DNA of 63,192 nt, filler included, from Octopus bimaculoides (lineage: Eukaryota), in the NCBI RefSeq assembly GCF_001194135.2. It is 7 parts of 6 records of this genome, joined end to end, with 100 filler letters (N's around TTAATTAATTAA, not from the genome) between each part and the next. Parts side by side here need not be neighbours in the genome. Positions count along the whole stretch, not along the records: positions 1 to 5,702 come from NC_068986.1; positions 5,803 to 9,770 come from NC_069003.1; positions 9,871 to 28,740 come from NC_068983.1; 4 more parts are not named here. One strand, written 5' to 3'. A program made the translations under genes and the position numbers. The notes beneath the pieces were generated by a model. The model was not told the DNA's origin, made no database searches, and saw only the letters and a list, made by a program, of their open reading frames with translations. This document shows, in pieces, positions 1 through 9,970 of this stretch (its first letter is position 1; each line of letters starts with the position of its first letter).

Positions 1-995
1 GTGGTGATGATAGTGGTGGTGGTGGTGGTGGTATTGGTGATGATGATAAAGGTAGTGGTGGTGATGATAGTGGTGGTGGTGGTGATGATAGTGGTGGTGG
101 CGGTAGTGGTGGTGGTGGTGATAATAGTGATGGTGGTGGTGGTGGTATTGGTGATGATGATAAAGGTAGTGGTAGTGATGATAGTGGTGGTGGAAGTAGT
201 GGTGATGGCGGAGGTAGTTTCGGTGGTGGTAGTAGAAGCGGTGATGGCAGTGGAGGATGTACTTAAAGTTTTGGCAGTGATGGTGAGAGCGGTAGTGGTG
301 AAGCTGTTGTTACAGTGCCAAGTGAGCCTTGTTCGAGCAGATCTGATCAAAGGCAAGCCAACCGCGACCATCCTGTATTTTTTAAATCCAAAACGCAGGG
401 AACCCAGCACCACATTATCGAACGTTTCTTTTTCCAAGGAAGCATACTATAATTTGCGGAAGATTTGACTGCTATTTCTAGCAGAGCAAGTGATTATGTA
501 GAAGCACCTTCGTTGGTTCAATAGTAGTGATGGATGGATGGATGGATGGATGGATGGATGAATGGTGGTAGTGGTAGTTCTGGAGACTAGAGTGGATGTG
601 GTGGCGTTGATGGTGGTGATGGCGTTAGAGGTAGTGGTTATGATGCTCTTAGTGGTAGTGGTGGTGATGGTAGGGGTGATGGGGAGGTGGTGATGGTAAC
701 GGTAGTGTAGGGGATGGTAACGATTATGATGGTGGTGGGTTGGTGGCCATGATTGGGTTTCAGTAGTGGTGACAGTAGTTTGTGTTGGTCATGGTTGAGT
801 TGTAATTATTGTAGTAGTAGTAGTAGCAGCAGGTGTTAGCGGTGCTTGTTTAATGTGACAACGTTGGGAATGGAGCCGGTGGATCCGTTGTTGGTGACGA
901 TATTGTTTGTGGGGTTGTGGTGGTGATGATGATGATGATGATGATGATGCTGATGATGACGACGACGACGACGACGATGATGATGATGATAGCAT
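1..995. repeat. Low-complexity trinucleotide region: (GGT/GAT/AGT)n, (GGAT)n, (GAT)n, (GAC)n
   Basis: Directly visible imperfect trinucleotide arrays. The poly-Val ORF 1..468 is a by-product of them. Confidence 0.95.
330..510 (+). mobile_element. Short interspersed repeat, family F (tgatcaaag...cgaccatcc...gatttgactgctatttctagc)
   Basis: The same motifs recur at about 1055-1150, 1250-1310 and 1375-1445. Class not determined. Confidence 0.6.
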
Positions 996-1054
996 TCTGG
1001 TTTTAATAGTAATAGCGGCTATGATGATGATGATGTTGATGGTAATTGCTTCTG

Positions 1055-1205
1055 CTTAGTCCCAGGACAGACATTGATAGAGTAGAGCTATGATCAAAGA
1101 CGTTCCAGCCACGACTATCCTATCTTAGCATATCTGGAATTATAATTTTCTAGTGGTCTTCTTCTTCTTCTTCTTCTTCTTCTTCTTCTTCTTCTTCTTC
1201 TTCTT

Positions 1206-1236
<31 letters not shown>

Positions 1237-1314
1237 TTCTTCTTCAGGCGGTATAGTGTGCTTTCAAAGAGATTTGACTGGTATTTCTAGCCGGTTGAGC
1301 TACGGCGATAGTTT

Positions 1315-1361
<47 letters not shown>

Positions 1362-1445
1362 ATAATATGTTACTATTCTCAGGTCAATCCTGTTTGAGCT
1401 AAACTATGATCAAAGACTTTCTAACCGTGACGATCCGGTTTGTTT
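1055..1445 (+). mobile_element. Family F repeat pieces interleaved with (CTT)n (about 1159-1246) and (TTG)n (about 1318-1361)
   Basis: ctatgatcaaagac occurs twice, gatttgactggtatttctagc once, and the microsatellites are directly visible. Confidence 0.6.
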
Positions 1446-2092
1446 GAATATCTGAGACATTATTTTCCTTTTATTTTTATGACAGCATATGTGTGTGTGT
1501 ATGTGTGTATGTGTGTATGTTTATGTGTGTGTGTGTGTGTGTGCATGTGTGCGTGTGTATGTGTGTGTATGTGTGCGTGTGTATGTGTGTGTATGTGTGC
1601 GTGTGTATGTGTGCACGCGCGCAATGTACGTGTGTGGGTGTTTGTGCGTATTCATGCATGTATGGATATATGAATGCATTTATGTATACACGTATGTATG
1701 CGTGTAAGTATATATATATATATATNNNNNNNNNNNNNNNNNNNNNNNNNNNNNNNNNNNNNNNNNNNNNNNNNNNNNNNNNNNNNNNNNNNNNNNNNNN
1801 NNNNNNNNNNNNNNNNNNNNNNNNNNNNNNNNNNNNNNNNNNNNNNNNNNNNNNNNNNNNNNNNNNNNNNNNNNNNNNNNNNNNNNNNNNNNNNNNNNNN
1901 NNNNNNNNNNNNNNNNNNNNNNNNNNNNNNNNNNNNNNNNNNNNNNNNNNNNNNNNNNNNNNNNNNNNNNNNNNNNNNNNNNNNNNNNNNNNNNNNNNNN
2001 NNNNNNNNNNNNNNNNNNNNNNNAAATGCATCTGGCGGAGCCTCTTTGTGAGTTTTGGTTTCGTTTGATTAGTTTGTCTCTTCTTCTGTCCC

Positions 2093-2128
<36 letters not shown>

Positions 2129-2479
2129 TCTTCCCTCCCCCCTCATCCACACTTTCTTTCTTTCTAACCATTTATTCCCGCCTCCCCACCCCCGACGTTC
2201 CCCTTTCTCCCACTAGATAATTTACGATTTTATCAAGTGAACAGAGATGACTGAAAAATAGGAAATAGAATGATAAATGGATTGATTCATCAGAATGTCG
2301 GTTTAATACAACTAAAACTAATTACCAGTCGAAAAGCTTTTGTGTCCATAAAACTAGTTATTACTACATTGTTTTATTATTCCCGCATCAATCTCTTACC
2401 ATCAATCTCACTCCTCCTCACCCTTACAGCCGTTTCCATTCACCTCAGTTTCCATCTATTTTCTCACCCGCTCCTACCA

Positions 2480-3080
2480 CCATCACATTGCCCCTCCTAC
2501 CCTCATTCTTATCCCCTCACTCTCCGTTATTTCCATCCATTCCCTCCCTCTTTATCCATCACTCCTACCACCATACCCGTCTTTCCACACTTTCCGTTAT
2601 TTCCACTCTGTCTCTCTCACTGTATCCTTCACTCCTACTACCAGTCTCACCTCCCCCTACTCTCCGTTATTTCCATCCCCTAACTCCTACCACCATTTCC
2701 AACTTCCCTCCTCCCGTTATTCTCACTCCGTCCCTCCCACTTTACCCTTCCCTCTTATCACCATTCCCATCTTCCACCACTCTCCGTTATTTCCAATCAC
2801 TCCCTTCCTTCCACTTTACCCCTCTCTTTTACCACCATTCACATCACATCGCTTCTCACCCCTACTACCATACTCATTGCCCTCACTTTCCGATATTTCC
2901 ACTCCGTCCCTCCCACTTTACCCCTCACTTCTACCACCATTCTCACGTCTCCCTCACTTTCCAATATTTCCAATCAGTCCCTACCACTTTGCCCCTCACT
3001 CTTACTACCATTTTCATCTTTTCTCCATTTTCCATCATTCTTAATGCTTCCACAATTTTCCACTATTCTCTCAGTTAATT
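2480..3080. repeat. Degenerate pyrimidine-rich minisatellite, about 55-72 bp period, core ctctccgttatttcca
   Basis: The core recurs at about 2519, 2587, 2658, 2713, 2779, 2884 and 2956. Confidence 0.8.
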
Positions 3081-3308
3081 TCCAATATTCTCTCTCTCTC
3101 TCGCTCTCGTTCCCTTAAAAAAAAAAGAAAAAAGAATTCAAAAGAAGCCCAACAGAACGCCAGCCAATCAGACTAATTTGGATGTACTACGTACTAATAT
3201 TTCTAAGAAAGAAGAGGCTCAGTGCCTATGTTACGTACAGATTTACTGTTGGCATTCCCATTCTCAATTTCCGCCATAAACTAAAGACCATCTGGAAAAG
3301 TTCTGGAC

Positions 3309-3468
3309 GCAGATATGGCCATGTGATTAAAAAGCTCGCTTTGCAACCACGTGGTTTCGAGTTTAGTTTCAATGCGCGGCACCTTGCGCAAGTGTCTTCT
3401 ATTGTAGCCTCAGATGGACCAATGCCTTGTGAGTGTGTTTGGTAGGCGGAAACTGTGGAAGCTCGTCG
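3309..3468 (+). mobile_element. tRNA-headed SINE, family A (ggcaccttgggcaagtgtcttct...ccttgtgagtggatttggtagacggaaactg)
   Basis: Alignable by eye to copies at 41471, 42838, 51650, 53998 and 58470. Confidence 0.8.
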
Positions 3469-3542
3469 AAACTGAGTTGCATCATCTGAAGAGATGCATC
3501 TGCACTGTGGGGTGCATTGTAATTCATTGTACAGTTTCTCAC

Positions 3543-3742
3543 CCGCGAGGGAGCGGTGCAGCATGTGTCGAAACAATTGTTGTGATAAATAAAGTTTCCA
3601 GTATACTTTGTCTGCCGTATCCATTGTTTCTGCTATACTCGAAGCGCACTGAGGAATTCCTAACGTAAATCCAGCTACGATTGGGCAATTACCGTGGATG
3701 ACGCCAGGTAGCCATAGGCAGTAAACTTGATTTGTCGGCATA
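3543..3742 (-). CDS. Candidate internal coding exon of an unidentified minus-strand host gene (MPTNQVYCLWLPGVIHGNCPIVAGFTLG...LFRHMLHRSLA)
   Basis: Acceptor tcctttgtAG and donor cgg|GTGAGA bound 200 nt (1+66x3+1) that are open in one frame. The sequence is non-repetitive and more GC-rich than its flanks. No homolog recognised. Confidence 0.45.
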
Positions 3743-3809
3743 CTACAAAGGACATACCTAAAATGCAGTTTAAATTTTAAACTTAAACCTAAAAGACTTT
3801 AATTTTAAC

Positions 3810-3875
<66 letters not shown>

Positions 3876-3884
3876 GTCTGTCTA

Positions 3885-3917
<33 letters not shown>

Positions 3918-3974
3918 AATGTATGTACGTTTGTATGTACGTGTGTATATGTGCATATGTGCGCATGTGTGTCT

Positions 3975-4195
3975 TTGTGTTTCTTTTCACCCGACCGCTT
4001 GAGTTATGTTCCCGTAACTTAGCAATTCGGCTAAAAGAGACCAATAGAACAAGTTACTGACTGAAAAAAAAACATAAAACAAAAAATCGAAGAAAAAACA
4101 ACAAAAAACATAATTATTGCGTTCGATTCAAAGCGGTGCCCCAGCATGGCCGCAGTCCAGTGACTGGAAGAAGTAAAAGGTAAAAGATAAAGGAT
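3975..4195 (+). mobile_element. SINE-type repeat, family B (cggcaaaagagaccgatagaataag...cagcatggccgcagtc...tgactgaaacaagtaaaag)
   Basis: Matches copies at 42625, 53766 and 60575. Confidence 0.8.
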
Positions 4196-4424
4196 ATGCA
4201 TTATATTATAAGATTCTTTTGTTGTTTTCCCCAGGTATTACATTGTTGAATGTGTCCTTTTATTGTTAAAATTGTAAGGTGTCGTATGAACCAGATTTGG
4301 CTGTTATTATGAGTAACTTTCTCGATGACTCTTATCATTGTCATAATTGTCAAATATGGCAAAGACGGAAAGAAAACATTGAGTAACTAGCACCAACTTT
4401 TATGATACAGTATTTACATGTCTT

Positions 4425-4830
4425 CCCGCTCTTGACGTTCTGAGTTTAAATTTCGCCGAGGCCAATTTTTGCTTTTCATTCTTTCGAGGTCGCTAAAATA
4501 AGTACCAGTTGTGTATTGGGGATCAATGTTATCGATTTCTCACTCCACTGAGAATTTCTGGCCTTGTGCAGAAATTTGAAAGTATTATGAGGTAGCATTT
4601 AGGTGGCAGTGGATTGGCAGAAACGTTAGAGCTTCAGAAAAAGTGCTTCGGGGGTATTCCTTCCGGATCTTTGCGTTCTGAGTTCAAAACCTGCAAAGGT
4701 CAACTTCGCTTTTCATCTCTCTGTGGGTCGATAAAATAAAGTACCTATCAAGTATTAGAGTTGAGGGGTCGATGTTGCCGACTGAGTTCTATCCCTCAAC
4801 ATTGGCTGTCATGTGCCTAAATTAGAGACG
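4425..4830 (+). mobile_element. Two copies of SINE family C (gttctgagttcaaattccgccgaggtcgactttgcctttcatcctttcggggtcgataaaataagtacc)
   Basis: Copies at about 4425-4575 and 4612-4830 with a B-box-like gagttcaaa. A better-preserved copy lies at 42108-42342. Confidence 0.8.
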
Positions 4831-5177
4831 ATTATGATGTGACATTTAAGATTATTTATTTAGAATGATTCTGAGTGAGTTTCAACAGTAGCTTAGTAAA
4901 CTGTATTTTGTTGTTATATTTTGGAGACTCTTTGTAGTGGTGGTGGTGGTAGTTGTAGTAGTAGTAGTAGTAGTAGTAGCAGTGGTGGTAGTCGGTGGTG
5001 GTAGGAATAGCAATGCACAGCAATCAGAGTAATTTGGATGTATCAGGTAGGTATTACCACGGCCAAGAAAGTGAGAACTCGCTACATTTGTTCAGTAAAG
5101 ATACATTATTGGAATTGAAAGGTTCCATACATTAGAGTGATCATTAATTTCATTCCAGTAAAGGAATTTTCAGGTTA

Positions 5178-5209
<32 letters not shown>

Positions 5210-5211
5210 CC

Positions 5212-5560
5212 TAAAATATCTATGATGAACTATTGAGAAATCTACAGTTACTCTATCCAGATTACAGGTTCAGGTTTATACATGCAATTATTGGGGGACT
5301 GGGATATGTAAGACACTGTCTAAGTATCAATCTTGAGAAATTAGGCTTCTCAAAACGAGAAAGGTGGAAGCTGGTTCAAAAACTACAAATCCAAGCCATC
5401 ACTGGAACTATAGATATTTGTAAAACTTTCCAGAAGTTTATCAGTTAAGTATATATGAGCATGTCTAGCATGCAACTATAAGCATACATAAAACAAAACA
5501 TACAATTCTGCACATTTACATACGTACATACAAAAATACATACGTAGGTAGGTACATACA
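5212..5560 (+). mobile_element. 3' end of an R4-clade (RLE) non-LTR retrotransposon
   Basis: Translation ...FIHAIIGGLGYV...KLQIQAITGTIDICKTFQKF* matches the RLE C-terminal pattern (PIIIGALG...LQK.A..GT..I). Flanked by (CATA)n on both sides. Confidence 0.75.
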
Positions 5561-5649
5561 TAATGCATACATACATACATACATACATACATACATACAT
5601 TCATTTATATATGTGAACATATACATATATATACATATATATATGTATA

Positions 5650-5702
<53 letters not shown>

Positions 5703-5802
5703 NNNNNNNNNNNNNNNNNNNNNNNNNNNNNNNNNNNNNNNNNNNNTTAATTAATTAANNNNNNNNNNNNNNNNNNNNNNNNNNNNNNNNNNNNNNNNNN
5801 NN
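5703..5802. other. Assembly gap cassette 44N-TTAATTAATTAA-44N (unsized scaffold join). Also at 9771-9870, 28741-28840, 39402-39501, 49799-49898 and 60415-60514
   Basis: Six identical 100-bp cassettes. The 12-mer places stop codons in all six frames. Confidence 0.97.
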
Positions 5803-6039
5803 GGAAAAGCAACAGCAGCAGATGGCAAAAAAGGAAAAGTAACAGCAGCAGATGGCAAAACAGGAAAAGCAACAGCAGCAGATGGCAAAAAGGGAAAAGC
5901 AACAGCAGCAGATGGCAAAAAGGGAAAAGCAACAGCAGCAGATGGCAAAGAGGGAAAAGCAACAGCAGCAGATGGCAAAAAAGGAAAAGTAACAGCAGCA
6001 GATGGCAATGGAGAATCAATGACAGCAGATGGCAAAATG
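5803..6039 (+). repeat. 30-bp minisatellite ggaaaagcaacagcagcagatggcaaaaaa, 7 units plus a degenerate eighth
   Basis: Units start at 5803, 5833, 5863, 5893, 5923, 5953 and 5983. Confidence 0.97.
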
Positions 6040-6276
6040 CAAATACCAACTACAATATCTAGCATTGGAGTAGCAACAACAACAGCTGTCAACAGTAAAG
6101 CAACAACAACTCGAAAAAGAAGAAAAAGACGCCGTCCAGCAGTTAAGAAGGTAACTGGCGAATGGTCAAGTGGTAAAGGAAAAAAAGTTCACAAAGAAAT
6201 AGTAACAGAAGCAGGAAGTGTAGCAGCTGGTGATGGAGGAAGAGTAACATGTGAGAAAAATAAGATAATTTTCTAG
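5803..6276 (+). CDS. Open frame of 157 codons, probable terminal exon: (GKATAADGKK)x7 repeats then a T/K/R-rich tail with RKRRKRRR; 5' end lost in the gap
   Basis: No stop from the gap edge to TAG at 6274-6276. The frame continues well past the repeat. AATAAA occurs downstream at about 6421 and 6508. Confidence 0.55.
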   Translation, partial: GKATAADGKKGKVTAADGKTGKATAADGKKGKATAADGKKGKATAADGKEGKATAADGKKGKVTAADGNGESMTADGKMQIPTTISSIGVATTTAVNSKATTTRKRRKRRRPAVKKVTGEWSSGKGKKVHKEIVTEAGSVAAGDGGRVTCEKNKIIF

Positions 6277-6723
6277 AAGTGCATCAGTAAATGAAGTCAC
6301 TGATTGTCTTTTGGAAATGTGAAAGTGGTCCTATGATATATGTATCAGTGTGTGTGTATATGTATGATGAAAATGACATTAAGACAAAGTGGAAATGTAT
6401 AATTATTAAGTTTAATACCCAATAAATATGGAAGTGTTTTCAGCATTTTGATATAAGCGTGTTTTCAGAGAAGATGGGTAGACACAAGAAAGAAGTGTTA
6501 AGAAAAGAAATAAAAAACTGAGTGTGACAAAAATCTAAAAATATTTGTTGTTCTGACAAGTCATGTTGAATATGGCAGAGTCTGAACTGACCAAAAACGA
6601 CCGAGAAGAAACGAGGTTTCAAACATACAAGGAAGATAATTGTGTGTAAATTATATATATTTATATGTATGTGTGGTTGTGGTGGTGTATTTGTGTGCTG
6701 TTATTAATGAGTGGTTATATGTT

Positions 6724-6767
<44 letters not shown>

Positions 6768-6839
6768 TATATATATACACTCATGCATGTACATAGACAT
6801 ACACACATCCATGTCTATCTCTTGATGTGTGTGTATTTT

Positions 6840-7214
6840 GATTATATTTGTGGAAACTTGAATTTAATCCAAATTCCTTAAATATACTTATCAAATCTTT
6901 CTGACTCTATCCGTGATGTGGCTGTTCATATTGTTCGAGACTGCTGAGATATTCTCTCTCTAGAGAGGAGGCTGCTTTTCGAGGTTGTTAAAGATAAACA
7001 ATCCCCTGATGCCAGTCATTTCAGCCCTGTCATCAATTTTCCATGGAAGCATCAAACATTGAATAGCTCTACTTCTTTGACTCAATATGATTGATTGCTT
7101 TATAGTGACTTCCTCACTTTTATTATTGCAATATTGAGATTGCTGATTGTAGTAAAATATTTCCCAAGGTCTGGGACTTTCTGTAGGAGTTCAATTAAAA
7201 TGGGTAAAAATGCT
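6840..7214 (+). pseudogene. Coding-like block with in-frame stops (...RDVAVHIVRDC*DILSLERRLLFEVVKDKQSP...PVINFPWKHQ...QYD*LLYSDFLTFIIAILRLL...)
   Basis: Only two stops in about 110 codons from 6882, both TGA (6945 and 7092). Residue pattern is protein-like. No homolog recognised. Confidence 0.35.
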
Positions 7215-7276
7215 TAATATTCAATTAGATAAATTTGTGGATGGTCTTGTTTGCAATGGTATAATACCATTTAGTG

Positions 7277-7608
7277 GAGGCACAATGGCCCAGTGGTTAG
7301 GTCAGCAGATTTGTGGTTGTAGGATTGCGGTTTCGAGTGTTTATTGAGCAAAAACACCTAAAGCACCATGAGGCTCTGGCAGGGGGTGAACCCTCTTTCT
7401 CTCACTCTTTCTTCCTGTTTCTGTTCTACCTGTATTTCAAAGGGGCCAGCCTTGTCACACTCTATGTCACGCTGAATCTCCCTGAGAACTACGTTATGGG
7501 TACACACGTCTGTGGAATGCTCAGCCACTTGCACATTAATTTCACGAGCAGGCTGTTCTGTTGATTGGATCAACTGGAACCCTCGTCATCGTAACTGATA
7601 GAGTGCTA
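7277..7608 (+). mobile_element. tRNA-headed SINE, family D
   Basis: A-box-like tggcccagtggttagg and B-box-like ggtttcga. The 3' part (cagccttgtcacactct...ggatcaactggaaccctcg) is repeated at 40915-41130. Confidence 0.8.
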
Positions 7609-7639
7609 CCTGTATATATATACGTGTGTGTGTGGACTG

Positions 7640-8050
7640 GTCAACAACATAGGAAATAGATTAAAGGGGCGTCATACCTACCAAGCTGTGATTCCAGGTG
7701 GATGTATGTACACCTGTGCTTCACCCACAGTGAAGCAGTCTTTTAAGGTGAACATGCATGCCAAGTGGAACAAACAGTTGATTAATGGTGACAAGGAACT
7801 GATAAAGGCTGGGAACTTTAAACACCCTGACCTTAAGACTGTTTGCCAGTGGCTGAAATACCGAGTGAACTTGTGATGAAACCATTTTTGAACTGCGGGA
7901 TCTCAAATGTCATGGATGGTATGGAAGACAATGAGCTATATATATAATGATGTCGTCTGTGCAAGAAATGTTATCCCCAGTGTTTCATCAATTAATGAAG
8001 ATCAGACAAGTGAAGATGACGATCAGAGTGTATATGATGAGACCACCACA
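7640..8050 (+). mobile_element. pogo/Tigger-type transposase C-terminal fragment
   Basis: AVIPGG...VKQSFK..MHAKWNKQLINGDKELIKAGNFKHPDLKTVCQW...FLNCGISNVMDGMEDN matches the DDE_1 tail of pogo-like transposases. Frameshifted. Confidence 0.85.
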
Positions 8051-8387
8051 ACTGAGGAGTTTTACCAGTTATTTGGTGAAAGTGACGGTTAGTATAACTC
8101 GATTCTTCTTTTATTCTTCTGGTTTTTGTCACACTCTTTCATACACTTCCTCACAATTTAAAACAGTTTATTGTATTTGTTTTTTCCAATCATAACACGT
8201 ATGAATGACTGCATGGTTTTGTATGTCCGTTGCTTCAAAAATGAAAGCATAAATGAAAAAGTAAAAGGAAAGTATCGAAGCAACTGAGTCTCAAAACAAT
8301 AAACAAGTCAAGTAATGTTATGAAGGAGAAACATTTTACATTTTAAACAACAGTTTCTAAAATGCTTGGACTTAATGGGGATAACAG

Positions 8388-8519
8388 TTGTTGGAAGTCA
8401 TCTTCAGCTTACTGAACTCTTGGTTACTGAACAACTATGTCAGTGCGATACCTAATTGAACTTTGCTCTCCAATGTCAAAACAGTCACTGCAACTTATAA
8501 AATTCCCGTTTTGAATCTT
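8388..8519 (+). pseudogene. Exon-like block with one in-frame TGA (LLEVIFSLLNSWLLNNYVSAIPN*TLLSNVKTVTATYKIPVLNL)
   Basis: AG at 8386-8387, 132 nt (44 codons), consensus donor GTAAGT at 8520, single TGA at 8457-8459. Confidence 0.45.
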
Positions 8520-9141
8520 GTAAGTTGGGTGGGGGTGGGGGTGTTTTATAGTGAAGTATATACAGTAGTCACTCCATGAATTCTTCTGATGGGTAATTCC
8601 ATGTCCTCTTCACTGGATGGTAAATTGTCTGGTGTATCTATTAATAATGAGAAGAAGAGTATGGAGACTTGTACATCCACGAAATTTATTTTATGGTTAC
8701 ATACAACATATTACAATGACCTACACGTGTTTCCGCTGTTGCAGCTACTCACTTTTGCAAATGCGACCTTGCAATATTGTCAGTGCAGTTTCATCAGGGT
8801 CCATCCATTTGGTCTTTCTCAAAGTGGTTAGAAAGAAAGTCCTTGTTTATACAGTTTATATTTAGTAAATATTTTCACCATGGTAATACAGGTAATACTG
8901 TGGACTAAATGTTTAACTTTGTCTTTGAATCTAGTTTATTTGAATGTGGTATTTGCAAAGATAAGTTTCTAGATTACTCATGAAATAGTCATAAATTCAA
9001 ACCTTACTCATGAGTTCAAATTTGATCAGGTTGCATGGTTATCAACAGGTAGAATTACTAAATTGTAATACTAATTATTCTAAAAACCATAAAAAATAAA
9101 TTTTTGGCTTTGATTTAATGATATCTTTGTTTTATTTTCAG

Positions 9142-9770
9142 TGAGTCTGGTATTGTTAATGTACTTCTGAAACTTTATGAGTCTGACAGTTGTTTAGATT
9201 CATGTTTCATTGAGAAAAATGGCAAATATCAACCATGTGAAGAGTTTCTGAACAATTCTCTTCCATCAACATTAATTGAACGATTGAAAGCTCTGAATTT
9301 ATTGCCAGATATTTTACCAACAGAAAAAGTCAAGAAGCAAAAGTGTCGAAAGAAAAATTCCAAAATTTCAAATTCTAAACGAGAGGCTTTTGAAGAAATT
9401 AAAGAAAAGTCCCTCAGTTAAATGTCAGCCTGAAATTTCAGAAATTGAGACAAAACCAAAGAAGGAAAAGAATCAGGAAGACAATTCTTTGAAATCTGTT
9501 CCAGAAAGTTTAGAGAGTGAAATGAAGGCTAAAATAGAATCTTTAACTGAATATAAATTTGAAGAAATGAATCCATTTAGCATGATAATCAAAAAGAGAA
9601 GAGAAACTGTTTCTGAAAGAATTACAGAGCCAGATCTATAAGTTGACATATGTATGGATTTTAATCCAGAATTAATTAAAGACTGTGAACAGACAGACTC
9701 TGAGAAGGAGGAGGATGATGATGATGACGACAATCGAAATGAAGATTTGTTCAAAGAGAATTCATTTGAA
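9142..9770 (+). pseudogene. Large exon-like block (ESGIVNVLLKLYESDSCLDS...LIERLKALNLLPDILP, then a K/E/S/D-rich region) with a frameshift and a stop; runs into the gap
   Basis: Strong acceptor ctttgttttattttcAG. The first frame is open 9143-9418. A second frame is open 9297-9638 and again 9642-9770 after TAA at 9639-9641. Confidence 0.55.
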
Positions 9771-9935
9771 NNNNNNNNNNNNNNNNNNNNNNNNNNNNNN
9801 NNNNNNNNNNNNNNTTAATTAATTAANNNNNNNNNNNNNNNNNNNNNNNNNNNNNNNNNNNNNNNNNNNNTATATATATATGTATGTATGTATATATACG
9901 ATATATATACACAATATATGTGTTTCTATGTGTGT

Positions 9936-9970
<35 letters not shown>

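Noticed and set aside
1-468. 155-aa Val/Met-rich ORF
   Set aside because: It is a translation of (GGT/GAT)n plus a SINE piece.
1440-2171. ORFs of CV, YI, HT or X residues here and at about 12349-12692, 28610-28796, 30805-32421, 34309-35088, 52059-52946, 53931-54732 and 58480-59039
   Set aside because: They are dinucleotide microsatellites read through N gaps.
2480-3080. CRISPR-like repeat-spacer look
   Set aside because: The spacers are related to each other and uneven in length, the context is eukaryotic, and there are no cas genes.
5747-5758. Recurrent palindrome TTAATTAATTAA as a biological site
   Set aside because: It is always centred in exactly 44+44 N, so it is an assembler spacer.
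5747-6092. Minus-strand ORFs over the 30-bp repeat
   Set aside because: They are antisense shadows of the plus-strand repeat frame.
8920-9048. FECGICKDKF zinc-finger-like string and a possible 76-nt exon 8973-9048
   Set aside because: A stop falls inside the finger with wrong His spacing, and the exon phase does not join the open frame of 9142.
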